Shown one piece after another: positions 9,407 to 19,647 of a stretch of DNA of 64,000 nt (position 1 is the first letter of the stretch; each line of letters opens with the position of its first letter). The position numbers were made by a program, and so were the translations under genes. Source of the DNA: Candidatus Zixiibacteriota bacterium (GTDB lineage: Bacteria > Zixibacteria > MSB-5A5 > UBA10806 > 4484-95); contig JBBIRK010000002.1 in the NCBI GenBank assembly GCA_037441845.1, positions 94,854 through 158,853 of the forward strand, given 5' to 3'. The notes under the pieces are model-generated. The model did not search any database. It was not told where the DNA came from and saw nothing but the letters and a program-made list of their open reading frames with translations.

Positions 9407-10477
9407 TCAGACCCGGCTTAATCCTTTTACTGTTTTCGCATCGAGCTTTTTGATAATCGTGGTCAGAAGACGCACCAGATTTTCGAAATCGTCGTGATGA
9501 ATCATACTGGTATGGCTGTGAATGTATCTGGTGGCAACCCCCATATAAATGCAAGGCACCCCGCTGCGCGATATGTGTATCCTTCCGCCGTCGGTGCCGC
9601 CGCGCGCCAGAGCGGTGAGATGATACGGTATTTTGGCCGATTCGGCGGCGTCAATCACCAGGTCCCGCAGTCTCCGATTGGGAATCATACTGCCGTCGAA
9701 AACCGCGATCGAGGGTCCCGAACCCATTTTCGCCTTGCTGTATTTTTCGGCACCGGGACCGTCGGCGGCAAGCGATACATCAGCCACGAACGCCACATCG
9801 GGATTGACCGCATAAGCGGCGGTGCCGGCCCCGCGAAGACCGACTTCTTCCTGCACCGTGCCGACCGCGAAAACCGTATTGGGATGTTTGACCCCTTTCA
9901 GCGAATTCAACACGGCCACCGCCGCGGCGATCCCGATTCTATTGTCGAACGCCTTGTTCAGAAATACTTTGGGATCGTGCATTCGAGTGAAACTGCAATC
10001 GGGCACGATAGGGTCTCCGGGTCTTATGCCGATTTTATTGATATCGGTTTTTTTGGTGACGCCTATATCGATATACATATCTTCTATTTCGATAACTTTC
10101 TTCCTTTCTTCCTCCTTGAGAATGTGCGGCGGCTTGGAACCGATGACTCCCAGAACGTCTCCCTTGCGCGTCTTTATTATGACTCTCTGGGCCAAAGCCA
10201 CGTGTCCCCACCAACCTCCTAGCGGAAGAAACTTGATATACCCCTCATCGGTGATTTCCTTGACCATGAATCCGATTTCGTCGAGATGTCCGGCGATCAT
10301 GACCCGGGGAGAATCCGATGTTCCTTTCTTGCGTGCGATTACGCTTCCGAGCTTGTCCGAGGTTATTTCGTCGGCTCCCTTCAAATGGGCGATCATCACG
10401 CGGGCCGCTTCATCCTCGAAACCTGGCACCCCGTGCGCGTTGGTGAGATCGGCCAGGAGTTTTTCGTACTTGTTCAA
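9407..10477 (-). CDS. M42 family glutamyl aminopeptidase (FrvX/CelM-like)
   Basis: 356 aa. GHLDEIGFMV, and the overall M42 pattern with metal-binding His/Asp/Glu positions. Confidence 0.8.
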   Translation of the reverse strand: MNKYEKLLADLTNAHGVPGFEDEAARVMIAHLKGADEITSDKLGSVIARKKGTSDSPRVMIAGHLDEIGFMVKEITDEGYIKFLPLGGWWGHVALAQRVIIKTRKGDVLGVIGSKPPHILKEEERKKVIEIEDMYIDIGVTKKTDINKIGIRPGDPIVPDCSFTRMHDPKVFLNKAFDNRIGIAAAVAVLNSLKGVKHPNTVFAVGTVQEEVGLRGAGTAAYAVNPDVAFVADVSLAADGPGAEKYSKAKMGSGPSIAVFDGSMIPNRRLRDLVIDAAESAKIPYHLTALARGGTDGGRIHISRSGVPCIYMGVATRYIHSHTSMIHHDDFENLVRLLTTIIKKLDAKTVKGLSRV

Positions 10478-10489
10478 TTTCCACCTCCA

Positions 10490-11215
10490 TCAGGAAAATA
10501 GTATCGTCTCGATCTCACCGAGCTTTACGATGCAGTAATCAGGCTTGATATCCACATTGTAATTACGGCGAGGGTGATATTTCCAAACCGTTGCGAATCC
10601 GGCAGCCGCCGCACCGACTATATCGACATCGGGGCGATCGCCCACGAACAGGATTCGGTCTGCCGTGAGATCCGCCGATTTTCTTGCCCGCTCGAAAATT
10701 TCCGGCGCCGGTTTGCGGATCCCGACCGCCGACGAGAAAATAGTAAAATCGAAATAATCGCTCAACCCGAAACGTTCCAATTCCCGCTTATGGAAACTTT
10801 CGGGGAAAATGGTATTCGAAAGCAAACCGATTTCGATGCCGGCCACTTTCAGCGAATCCAGCACTTCATCGGCATCATCGATAAGCGTGATTTGCTCCGT
10901 TATCGGTTGATAATATCTTTCCACGAACCGCTCGATCATACCGTCCCGCGACGTTATATCCAGACTCTCAAGCGATCTTGACGTCAGTTCATGCAGCTCG
11001 AGCTCACGGAAATCCGGCCGCTCGTTATCCAGAAGGTGGCGCAAAGCCGCACCGAAAAGCGGGCCGATCTCCTCCGCCGGCGGAATATCCGGATAAGCTT
11101 CTTTCAAAACCGGATAAGCGTTGAGAAATCCTTTTTGGCCGAGCCGGATCCAATCCTGATTTTCGTATTCGATGAGCGTCCCGCCCAAATCGAAAATGAC
11201 CGCATCGAATTTCAT
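10490..11215 (-). CDS. HAD-superfamily hydrolase
   Basis: Motif I is DLGGT in FDAVIFDLGGTLI. C-terminal motif is GDRPDVDI. Start placed at the internal ATG 11213-11215, which overlaps the ddl stop (ATGA). The longer ORF-track N-terminus lies inside the ddl coding region. Confidence 0.75.
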   Translation of the reverse strand: MKFDAVIFDLGGTLIEYENQDWIRLGQKGFLNAYPVLKEAYPDIPPAEEIGPLFGAALRHLLDNERPDFRELELHELTSRSLESLDITSRDGMIERFVERYYQPITEQITLIDDADEVLDSLKVAGIEIGLLSNTIFPESFHKRELERFGLSDYFDFTIFSSAVGIRKPAPEIFERARKSADLTADRILFVGDRPDVDIVGAAAAGFATVWKYHPRRNYNVDIKPDYCIVKLGEIETILFS

Positions 11216-12252
11216 CGCCTTTTCCTTTCGAAATCGGCGATTCCCAGTATGCAGATTTTTTCGAGCAGCTGCGGAAATTCTATCCCCGCGGCGCGCGCCG
11301 CCATCGGCACCAACGAGGTCTCGGTCATTCCCGGAAGGGTGTTGACCTCGAAACAAAATATCCGTCCGTCATCTGTCAATCGGCAATCGACCCTGCCGAA
11401 ACCGGAGCAGCCGATCGCCCGGAACGCTTTCAACCCGACTTTTTGAATCTCCTGTTGCGTTTTTTCGGGCAGTTCCGGGGGGCAAACCTTTCGGGTTTTC
11501 CCCTTGACATATTTATGCTCATAATCGTAAAGCCCTTCGCCGGCGATTATTTCCACCACCGGCAACGGCAAATCACCCAGGATACTTACAGTGAAGTCGC
11601 GTCCCGGAATGTAGCGCTCGAATAAAAGGCGCCGGTCATGGGCGAACCCGGTTTTCAAAGCCGCCCCTATTTCCGATCTCGATGAGATTTTCGAAAGCCC
11701 CACCGATGATCCTTGACAATTAGGCTTGACTATCGCCGGGTAACCGAACGTGGTGACGATCCGCTCATGAATTTCCTCGACAGTCGGGTTCGCTTCCTTT
11801 TCCGCCACGAAATCATCGGGAACGCCGATCCCCTCGGAACGAAACACCTGCTTGGCCAGAAATTTATCCATGGCCAGCGCCGAGGCCAGCGTTCCGGAAC
11901 CGGTGTATGGTATATCAAGCAGGTCCATGACGGCTTGAATGGTTCCGTCCTCGCCATAACCGCCGTGAAGAATATTGAACACCACATCGGCGGTGCGGAC
12001 ATCATCCCTGCCGATAATGGCGTAGGCCGCGGCGCTCGGGCGTCTCCGTAGATCTTCCAAATCGGGGGGCTGTTCCTTGATCGCAGCTATGCCCGCCAGC
12101 TGGTCATCGGTCATCGGCGAGCCATCACCGCCGGTATCGAACGCGATCACCGAATGACCGGCGGAGCGCAACTCGGATACCACGGCCGCCCCGGAAGCCA
12201 GCGAAACATCTCTTTCGGCGGAATTACCGCCCATCAAAACTACTATTTTCAT
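11212..12252 (-). CDS. ddl: D-alanine--D-alanine ligase
   Basis: 346 aa. N-terminus VLMGGNSAERDVSLASG and an ATP-grasp fold pattern. Confidence 0.85.
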   Translation of the reverse strand: MKIVVLMGGNSAERDVSLASGAAVVSELRSAGHSVIAFDTGGDGSPMTDDQLAGIAAIKEQPPDLEDLRRRPSAAAYAIIGRDDVRTADVVFNILHGGYGEDGTIQAVMDLLDIPYTGSGTLASALAMDKFLAKQVFRSEGIGVPDDFVAEKEANPTVEEIHERIVTTFGYPAIVKPNCQGSSVGLSKISSRSEIGAALKTGFAHDRRLLFERYIPGRDFTVSILGDLPLPVVEIIAGEGLYDYEHKYVKGKTRKVCPPELPEKTQQEIQKVGLKAFRAIGCSGFGRVDCRLTDDGRIFCFEVNTLPGMTETSLVPMAARAAGIEFPQLLEKICILGIADFERKRR

Positions 12253-12860
12253 TTTCGCAAAATCCTTTTGTTTCGATAGATAATCAGCAAAAATAGTATA
12301 ACGGCAAGGCTGATTATTATGAGCATTATATTATAAGTTTTTATTAATTCAACGAGTTTCAGCCAGTTCGATTTCGCCGCATACATCAAGCCCAAAAGCG
12401 ATAGGTTCCATATAGCGAAACTCGCCAGCGTCAGCAGAATCATGCGCGCCGGTGAAACCCCGCCGATACCGGCCGCCAGCGCGATCAGCGACCGCACTCC
12501 CGCGATAAAACGGGAAAATAACAAAATCAGCGATCCCCAGCGGGCGAACAACCGCTCGATTTTTTGCAGATTACGCACGTTAACGAAACTTTTCCCGCCG
12601 TGAATGAAATATCCCCTTCCTTTCGCCCGGCCCAAATAATAGAGAATGATCGCCCCCACGAGTCCGCCTGCCACCGAAAATGCAAACAGCTGAATGTAGC
12701 CGACTTCCCCGCGACCCGCAAGAAAAGCCCCGGCGAGGATAATAAAATCGCCCGGCAAAGGCGGAAAAAAATTCTCCAGCAGCGACCCCAGCAAAACAGC
12801 CGCATAAATATAATAGGCGCCGTGGGAGCTCAAATAAACGATAATTTGATCGTAGTTCAT
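12249..12860 (-). CDS. DedA/VTT-domain membrane protein
   Basis: Start chosen at the internal Met (MNYDQ...). Conserved LENFFPPLPGD-like segment and the G-rich DedA core. The ORF-track start at 12935 is the alternative. Confidence 0.65.
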   Translation of the reverse strand: MNYDQIIVYLSSHGAYYIYAAVLLGSLLENFFPPLPGDFIILAGAFLAGRGEVGYIQLFAFSVAGGLVGAIILYYLGRAKGRGYFIHGGKSFVNVRNLQKIERLFARWGSLILLFSRFIAGVRSLIALAAGIGGVSPARMILLTLASFAIWNLSLLGLMYAAKSNWLKLVELIKTYNIMLIIISLAVILFLLIIYRNKRILRK

Positions 12861-12972
12861 GCGCCTTTTCTCAAAGTAGAGAATACTGTTTCGTCTTTCA
12901 TCGCTTTCATGCCATCGCGTTCGCTTCGACTGCACGGATTCGGTGGTAAAAGCCGCTGAACATTCCTTTTAT

Positions 12973-14013
12973 TCAAAGTATCAGCATGGCATCGCCGTAG
13001 CTGTAAAATCTATAATCTCCTGCGATCGCCTCGTTATAAGCTTTCAGTATCAGCTCCCTCCCCGCCAACGCCGAGACCAACAACAACAAAGTCGATTTGG
13101 GCAAATGGAAATTCGTCAGAAGGCAATTTATCGTTTTGAATTCGTAAGGCGGATAGATATAGATTCCCGTGGCTTTGTTTCTGGCCGGTTCTATTCTCTT
13201 TTTTTCATCGCTCCATGATGACTCCAGCGCCCGAACCGTGGTCGTGCCGACCGCAATCACTCTGCGGCCTTCGGCTTTTGCACGGTTAATCGAATCGGCG
13301 GTGCTTACTTCTATCGTATAATATTCGGTTTCCATTTTGTGTCGAGCGGCGTCTTGAACCGTAATCGGCCTGAATGTGCCCAGTCCGGGGTGAAGCGTTA
13401 TATGCACGATTTCGATTCCTCTTCTCGCGATTTCATCCAACAATTCCTTCGTGAAATGAAATCCGGCGGTAGGGGCGGCTGCCGCACCGATCCGGCTCGC
13501 ATAAACCGTCTGATAAGTTGACTTGTCGGCCTCTTCCGCCGGTCGGTTTATATAGGGCGGCAACGGCACCTCGCCGTGTTCCCAAATCAACGCCATCACG
13601 TCGCCTTCGCCTTTCAAAGTTATCCGGCGCCCGCCGTAATCCGTTCTTTCTCCGACAATCGCCGCAAGCTTGCCTCCGGCCAAAATCACCTCCGCGCCCG
13701 GTTTCAGCCGCTTTCCGGGCTTTACCAAAGCCTCCCATTCCTGATCGTTCGAACGCCGCAGCAGGAATATCTCGACCCGGCCGCCGCTTCCTTTCCTCGA
13801 TCCGATAAGCCTGGCCGGAAATACCTTGGAATCGTTCAATACCAACAGATCGCCGCTTTTCAGGTATTCCACGATATCGCCGAACCGCCTATGCTCGATG
13901 CTTCCTTTCTGCTTATCGATAACCATAAGTTTCGATGAGCTGCGGGGAGTCGCCGGATAAAGAGCGATCCTTCCGGGAGGAAGACCATAATCATACAGGG
14001 CAAGATCGATCAT
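12973..14013 (-). CDS. queA: S-adenosylmethionine:tRNA ribosyltransferase-isomerase
   Basis: 346 aa. N-terminus DYxLP and LVLNDSKVFPARL, and the C-terminal GTTTVRALES motif. Confidence 0.9.
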   Translation of the reverse strand: MIDLALYDYGLPPGRIALYPATPRSSSKLMVIDKQKGSIEHRRFGDIVEYLKSGDLLVLNDSKVFPARLIGSRKGSGGRVEIFLLRRSNDQEWEALVKPGKRLKPGAEVILAGGKLAAIVGERTDYGGRRITLKGEGDVMALIWEHGEVPLPPYINRPAEEADKSTYQTVYASRIGAAAAPTAGFHFTKELLDEIARRGIEIVHITLHPGLGTFRPITVQDAARHKMETEYYTIEVSTADSINRAKAEGRRVIAVGTTTVRALESSWSDEKKRIEPARNKATGIYIYPPYEFKTINCLLTNFHLPKSTLLLLVSALAGRELILKAYNEAIAGDYRFYSYGDAMLIL

Positions 14014-14210
14014 CTGCGAAAGCGCCGGACGAAAAAAAAGCCGAGGAATATGATTATGGTAAAAAGCAGAAGCGAGCCGACCGGGATAATGACCAACGTT
14101 CTGCCCCGGTTAACCGCGAAATCACCGGGTATGCAGCCGAAAATCCCTATCGCTCGGCCCACGTAGATAAGGATTCCCATGGCTATTAAAAAAACCCCGC
14201 CGAAAAGCAA
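14010..14210 (-). CDS. DUF2905-like small membrane protein
   Basis: 66 aa with two TM helices and a central PGD-x-RG-x-T motif, as in DUF2905. Overlaps the queA stop. Confidence 0.5.
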   Translation of the reverse strand: MLFGGVFLIAMGILIYVGRAIGIFGCIPGDFAVNRGRTLVIIPVGSLLLFTIIIFLGFFFVRRFRR

Positions 14211-14233
14211 TGATTTGCTAAAATCGAATTTGA

Positions 14234-15265
14234 TTACAGCAACCTTTCCTGCGGGTTTCCGTTCGTGTCGTCTCGGTTCAGGCCGAGATGCCGGTAGGCC
14301 GCTTGTCCTACCATACGGCCGCGGCGGGTTCGTTGGAGAAATCCGATCGTCAGAAGAAAAGGCTCGACCATCTCTTCGAGCGTATCGGTTTCTTCATTGA
14401 GCGTGGCCGCCAGCGCCTCGATACCGACCGGACCTCCCGAGTAAAAATTGATAATCGTCAACAGAAATTTGCGGTCGAGCATATCGAGACCGAGCGCATC
14501 TATCCCCTCCATCTCGAGCGCCCCGTTCACCGCCGCCAGATCGATCTCCCCGCTTCCTTTCACTTGCGAAAAATCGCGTACGCGGCGGAGCAGCCGATTG
14601 GCGATTCTTGGCGTCCCTCGGCTCCTTTTCGCCAATTCCCGGCAGGCGTCATCGGCTATTTTTATTTCCAGCAGTCCAGCCGAGCGCCGAATCACGCGCG
14701 CCAGCTCGTCCTCGGGATAAAAATCTATATGATGAAATATCCCGAAACGGCTGCGCAGCGGTGCACTCAACATCCCCGCCCTGGTGGTGGCGCCTATCAG
14801 CGTGAATCTCTTGAGTGGCATGTTTATTATTCGGGCGAACGCCCCTTTATCCACCACGAAGTCGATCTTGAAATCCTCCATCGCCGGATAGAGAAACTCC
14901 TCCACCGCCGGCGATAAGCGATGAATCTCGTCGATAAACAGCACGTCCCCATCGTTCAAATTGGTCAAAATCCCCATCAGATCGCCGGAGCGCTGCAACG
15001 ACGGCCCCGACGAAGAAACGAGTTTCGTCCCCAGTTCATTGGCGATAATGTGCGCCAGAGTCGTTTTGCCAAGCCCTGGCGGCCCATAAAACAAGACATG
15101 CTCATGGGCCTCACCCCGCCCCTTGGCCGCCGCCAGCGATACCGTCAACTTCTCGACCACCTTGGCTTGACCGATATACTCGGTCAGCCTGGTCGGCCGA
15201 AGGCTTACCATGATTTTCTCTTCTTCGAGAGAATAAGCGGTTGGGGCGACTATTCTTTCACGCAT
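14234..15265 (-). CDS. ruvB: Holliday junction branch migration DNA helicase
   Basis: 343 aa. Walker A GPPGLGKTT, and the RuvB-specific N and C domains. Confidence 0.92.
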   Translation of the reverse strand: MRERIVAPTAYSLEEEKIMVSLRPTRLTEYIGQAKVVEKLTVSLAAAKGRGEAHEHVLFYGPPGLGKTTLAHIIANELGTKLVSSSGPSLQRSGDLMGILTNLNDGDVLFIDEIHRLSPAVEEFLYPAMEDFKIDFVVDKGAFARIINMPLKRFTLIGATTRAGMLSAPLRSRFGIFHHIDFYPEDELARVIRRSAGLLEIKIADDACRELAKRSRGTPRIANRLLRRVRDFSQVKGSGEIDLAAVNGALEMEGIDALGLDMLDRKFLLTIINFYSGGPVGIEALAATLNEETDTLEEMVEPFLLTIGFLQRTRRGRMVGQAAYRHLGLNRDDTNGNPQERLL

Positions 15266-15915
15266 CAGTTACTTTTCCCGGTTTGCTGCCAGGAACCCTG
15301 CGACTGCCTGAATATCTGTTCGAGCAGCTCCTCTGACGATTTGAAACTCTTGCCGGCCGCAAATGCGCGTTCTATCATCGCCTGGGCCTCGCTCTGACGG
15401 TATTGCAGATGAAGCAAAATCTGAAGCACTTCGGCGGCGAAATCTGGTTGTTTCGGCGCCGCCGAGAGCGGCTCGTCGTCGCGCATCAGCGCGAATTTGG
15501 CGACTTTTCCCTTGAGCTCGGCGATAATTTTCTCGGCCATCCGCGGCCCCACTCCAGGCAATTCCGACAATTTCTTGGAGTTTTCCGACTCTATGGCCCG
15601 GGCGATTACGTTTATGGGCAATACCAACGATCTTATGGCTTTTTTTACACCCAACCCGCTGACTCCGGTGAGCAGCTGGAAAAATTCACGCTGAACCGGA
15701 TCGGCGAATCCCACCAACCTCGGATATTGATTGCCTACGGCCGCTCCTTCGATATAATAGATAGTGTAAATTTCGATTTCCGCGTTATTGCCTTTTTGGC
15801 GAAGCAAATCGATCAGGCCCGATGGAACCATGATTTCATAGGAAATACCGCCGGCCTCGAGCAACACCCATTCATTGCCGGTTTCTTTCAATGTACCTTT
15901 TATCCTGGAAATCAT
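15265..15915 (-). CDS. ruvA: Holliday junction DNA helicase subunit RuvA
   Basis: Start at the internal Met (MISRIKG...), the canonical RuvA N-terminus. Helix-hairpin-helix region present. The extended ORF-track N-terminus overlaps ruvC. Confidence 0.88.
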   Translation of the reverse strand: MISRIKGTLKETGNEWVLLEAGGISYEIMVPSGLIDLLRQKGNNAEIEIYTIYYIEGAAVGNQYPRLVGFADPVQREFFQLLTGVSGLGVKKAIRSLVLPINVIARAIESENSKKLSELPGVGPRMAEKIIAELKGKVAKFALMRDDEPLSAAPKQPDFAAEVLQILLHLQYRQSEAQAMIERAFAAGKSFKSSEELLEQIFRQSQGSWQQTGKSN

Positions 15916-15919
15916 CTTC

Positions 15920-16474
15920 TTAGGCCCTGCGGCCGTTTTCGGCGGTAAGATGATTGAAATGACAAAGTGCCACGGCCAAAGCATCGGCGACATCCGGCGG
16001 TTCCGGCGTCTTTTCGAGATCAAGGCGGATGCGGGTCATCTTTTGCATCTGGATTTTGGACGCCCGGCCGTTTCCGGTCAATGCCTTCTTCACCTGCGTC
16101 GCCCCATAACTTTTCACCGGAATATTCAGCGATGCCGCGCAGAGCAAAACCGCCCCTCGGGCATGGCCCATTATAATCGCGGTTCTCGGATGACGATAGT
16201 GCGAATAAAGGTCTTCTATCACCACTACCGCCGGTTTGTATTCGCGGAAAACCTCGCGCAATCCATCGTAGATTTCCGCCAAACGTGCCTCCAAGGGATT
16301 ATTGCGATGAGAACGAATCACTCCGGCTTCCCGCACTATCGCCGAATTATTCTTCACCTCGAGTACTCCATAGCCGGTCGTCCCCAGCCCGGGATCGATC
16401 CCTATAATGAGTTTGTCGATTCTTCGGGTCCGACCGCGGTTCGATTCGGATCGATTCATGAGTTGGTCAATCAT
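15920..16474 (-). CDS. ruvC: Crossover junction endodeoxyribonuclease
   Basis: 184 aa. IGIDPGLGTTGYGV with the catalytic Asp, and an RNase H-like fold. Confidence 0.88.
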   Translation of the reverse strand: MIDQLMNRSESNRGRTRRIDKLIIGIDPGLGTTGYGVLEVKNNSAIVREAGVIRSHRNNPLEARLAEIYDGLREVFREYKPAVVVIEDLYSHYRHPRTAIIMGHARGAVLLCAASLNIPVKSYGATQVKKALTGNGRASKIQMQKMTRIRLDLEKTPEPPDVADALAVALCHFNHLTAENGRRA

Positions 16475-17226
16475 TAATTCGAAAGCTGTTCCAGCAGTTT
16501 CTCGTCGATATCGAAATTGGCATATACTTTCTGAATATCATCGTGCTCTTCGAGCGATTCGTAGAGCTTGATCATCTGCTCGGCTTCCTTGCCCTCGATC
16601 TTGACATTGGTCTGAGGGATCATGGTGAGCTCGGCCGTGGCTATCGGCACGCCGTTGCGCTCCAGCGCACCCCTGACCTTCTCGAAATCGTTGAATTCCG
16701 TGTAGATTTCGTAAACCTGATTATCGTCGGCGGAGAAGTCGCTGGCGCCGCTCTCTATGGCAAGGTCCATCAGCTTCTCCTCCGATGCCTTGTCTTTGTC
16801 AACCGTGATATATCCCCTCTTATGGAACATCCAGCCTACGCAGCCGGCCTCTCCAAGATTGCCTCCATGGCGCGTGAATATGTGACGCACTTCGGCGACC
16901 GTGCGGTTTTTATTGTCCGTCTGCGCCAAAACCAACACCGCAACGCCTCCCGGACCATAACCTTCGTAATAAACCTCTTCATATGACGCCCCCGGCAGCT
17001 CCCCGGTACCTTTCAAAATCGCACGCTTGATATTGTCGGCGGGCATGTTGATCGCCTTGGCCGCATTGACTGCCGCCCGCAGCCGGGCATTGGCCTCAGG
17101 ATCGCCGCCTCCCTGGCGTGCCGCCACAGTTATCTCTTTGATCACCTTGGTGAACATGGCGCCGCGCTGGGCGTCAAGCTTCCCTTTTTTCCGCTTGATC
17201 GTTGACCATTTACTATGACCAGACAT
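16474..17226 (-). CDS. yebC: YebC/PmpR family transcriptional regulator
   Basis: 250 aa. [16 protein letters not shown]-terminus, diagnostic of this family. Confidence 0.9.
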   Translation of the reverse strand: MSGHSKWSTIKRKKGKLDAQRGAMFTKVIKEITVAARQGGGDPEANARLRAAVNAAKAINMPADNIKRAILKGTGELPGASYEEVYYEGYGPGGVAVLVLAQTDNKNRTVAEVRHIFTRHGGNLGEAGCVGWMFHKRGYITVDKDKASEEKLMDLAIESGASDFSADDNQVYEIYTEFNDFEKVRGALERNGVPIATAELTMIPQTNVKIEGKEAEQMIKLYESLEEHDDIQKVYANFDIDEKLLEQLSN

Positions 17227-17432
17227 AATTCCTCCGAAAATAATGCAATTGCTATATTCTAATAAGATGCCGTCCGCTATGCAAGGAGATAAAGCTCCAA
17301 TACAGGCATTATCCGGCCAAACCGACCCATCAATGTCCGCCCAGGGCGAATTAACCTCTGGACTGTCGCTCCTATCTGTCTTATAAGTTAATGAAAACGA
17401 TAAATTAAGGCAATGACCTTGCGGACAAAGGA

Positions 17433-18419
17433 TTGATTATGACTTTGATACTGAATCGCGATGATGTCATTAAAGCGCTCGATATGCGGGCGTGCATGGA
17501 GCGAGTGGAGATGGCTTTCGCCGAGCTGGCGGAGGGAACGGCCGTCCTTCCTCTCAGAATAAATATCACTCCCCCCGATGGACTGGCGCTTTATATGCCT
17601 GCATACCTGAAAAAAATGGGCGCCCTCGCCTGTAAAGTGGTCACTGTTTACAAGAATAACCCCGAAAAATACTCGCTTCCGACCACTATCGGCAAAGTCC
17701 TGCTTCAAGAACCAGCGACGGGCGAGGTGGTATGTATCATGGATGGCGGCTACCTTACAGCGGTTAGAACCGGAGCGGCAAGCGGTGTCGCCACCAAATA
17801 TCTGGCTCGAAAAAAACACAACGGCATAGCCGGTATTTTCGGGGCGGGGGTTCAGGCGAAAATGCAATTATGGGCGGTTTCACTTGCCGCCGGTTTAGCC
17901 AAAGCGTTCGTTTACGACATCTCCAAAGAGGCTGCTTCCCGCTTCAAAACGGAGATGACGGACCGTTTGAACATTGAAATCGAAATCGCCCAGACAGCTG
18001 ATACGTTACTTGAGAAAGCCGATATAATCTGCACCGCCACATCGTCTTCCACACCGCTTTTCGATGGAACGAAAATCCGGCCGGGAACCCATATAAACGG
18101 CATCGGCAGCCATACGCCCAAAGCCCGCGAACTCGACTCGGCCGCAATAAAACGAGCGCTGATAATCGCCGATTCCTACGATGCCTGCCTTAACGAGGCC
18201 GGCGACATCATGCTGCCGATTCAAGAGAGTGCTATCGACAGACAACATTTGAAAGCGGAGCTCGGCGAAATAATCACCGGCAAGAAACCAGGGCGGCAAA
18301 ACGAAAACGAAATCACCATATTCAAGTCGAACGGCCTCGCCATTCAAGACGCCGCCGCCGCCAAATTGGTTTTCGAAAACGCCAAAAAAATGGGGCTGGG
18401 CCGCGAAATTTCGATTTAA
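17433..18419 (+). CDS. Ornithine cyclodeaminase / mu-crystallin family protein
   Basis: 328 aa. Rossmann GxGxQA (GAGVQAK) at the expected position, and OCD-family N-terminal conservation. Confidence 0.75.
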   Translation: MIMTLILNRDDVIKALDMRACMERVEMAFAELAEGTAVLPLRINITPPDGLALYMPAYLKKMGALACKVVTVYKNNPEKYSLPTTIGKVLLQEPATGEVVCIMDGGYLTAVRTGAASGVATKYLARKKHNGIAGIFGAGVQAKMQLWAVSLAAGLAKAFVYDISKEAASRFKTEMTDRLNIEIEIAQTADTLLEKADIICTATSSSTPLFDGTKIRPGTHINGIGSHTPKARELDSAAIKRALIIADSYDACLNEAGDIMLPIQESAIDRQHLKAELGEIITGKKPGRQNENEITIFKSNGLAIQDAAAAKLVFENAKKMGLGREISI

Positions 18420-18634
18420 TCGACGGACGATATGAAACGGTCTCAAGCTCGACTAACTTGCTGCGGAATATCTCAAGAAAAAGGCAGTGCAGGCGTTCGA
18501 TATTCTCCAATGGAGAGCACCCCGGGTCGATGGCGCCGAATACGTCGCCCTGACTCTCCCACTCCAGCCGGCACGGTCAAGATAATATGACATCGGCGAC
18601 GGACATGCCGTGTGCGCGGCGTCAAAAACCGCCC

Positions 18635-18991
18635 TTAACCTTTTATCATCACCAGCAGCATCTTGATTTTTTCGATCGCCTGGAGCGCATGGGGGATATT
18701 AGCAGGCATGATCACGAATTGCCCGGCGTTATAGGTCGATTTTTGCCCGCCGATCGTTATCTCCGCGGCGCCGTCGAGAACCAGCACGAAAGCATCGAAC
18801 GGGGCCGAATGCTCGCTTAACCCCTGCCCTTTATCGAATGAAAATAGGGTGATATTCCCCGTATCTTTCTTGATAAGAGTCTTGCTCACCACCGATCCGG
18901 GCGAATAATCGATGGCGGCGGCTATACCCGAATTTTTTCCTAAAGTATCTTTATAGAGTTCATTGTTGTGCCCTTTCCATTCATTCGCCAT
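18635..18991 (-). CDS. Cupin-domain protein
   Basis: About 118 aa from the internal Met (MANEW...). Cupin two-motif pattern (G..H..P.. ... G..V..P...H). Last gene of the Rieske/cytochrome operon. Confidence 0.6.
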   Translation of the reverse strand: MANEWKGHNNELYKDTLGKNSGIAAAIDYSPGSVVSKTLIKKDTGNITLFSFDKGQGLSEHSAPFDAFVLVLDGAAEITIGGQKSTYNAGQFVIMPANIPHALQAIEKIKMLLVMIKG

Positions 18992-19004
18992 CGATTCCGC
19001 CTCC

Positions 19005-19640
19005 TTATTTTTTCGCCCTTTCGGCTTGTGCTTTCCGGCAACGATCGACCGCCTCCGATAATTCGCGCGCATTCGCCGAGTTTTTTTCGATCAACATCTC
19101 ACACAGATTCAGAAGCGCCGGAATCTCTTTCAGCAATAAACCGTAATCCATCTCCACCGCCGCGGGAAGACGAATCAATCGGTGATAGGCAGCCAGCAAA
19201 TACAAAAGGCTTTCCCGCCAGGCGGCGTCGATAGAGCCTCCGATCAACCGATATGTCTGTTGCCGGACCCAACGGCAGCGCGAGGTCCTGTCCTGCCACC
19301 CTTGATAGAACTCCGGTTTCAGGCTGGGCAGCGATACCTCGCTCAATATGTCAAGCAGCTCCAACAGGCTGAGGCGCTGCCTTTCTTCCCAGCGGGAGTC
19401 GCGTTCGGTTTCCACGGCCGGGGCTCCCTCATGCAGATAATCCTGCATCCAAAAATCGAATGCGTCGCGGCCGGGCTGCAGCCGCAGATAAGCCAGCAAG
19501 GCGACCGCATGCCAACCCCAGCAAAGGACGCCTTTTAACGATAGCGGATTGCCGGTCGTGCTTTTCTCCAATTCGTGGGCGGCTCGGCGAAGGCTGTCCA
19601 GGGCGTTTTCGGCCGGACTTATTTTTTCGGACATCGGCAA
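19005..19640 (-). CDS. Hypothetical cytoplasmic protein (operon partner of the cytochrome complex)
   Basis: 211 aa with no recognisable motif. It lies 8 nt downstream of the octaheme cytochrome gene on the same strand. Confidence 0.5.
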   Translation of the reverse strand: MPMSEKISPAENALDSLRRAAHELEKSTTGNPLSLKGVLCWGWHAVALLAYLRLQPGRDAFDFWMQDYLHEGAPAVETERDSRWEERQRLSLLELLDILSEVSLPSLKPEFYQGWQDRTSRCRWVRQQTYRLIGGSIDAAWRESLLYLLAAYHRLIRLPAAVEMDYGLLLKEIPALLNLCEMLIEKNSANARELSEAVDRCRKAQAERAKK

Positions 19641-19647
19641 CTCCCCC

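Noticed and set aside
10490-11356. Long N-terminal extension of the HAD hydrolase ORF
   Set aside because: The first 47 codons lie inside the ddl coding sequence in another frame. A proper ATG at 11213-11215 precedes the HAD motif I and overlaps the ddl stop.
15916-16023. N-terminal extension of ruvA overlapping ruvC
   Set aside because: The canonical RuvA N-terminus (MISRIKG) starts at the internal Met. The extension overlaps ruvC by about 100 nt.
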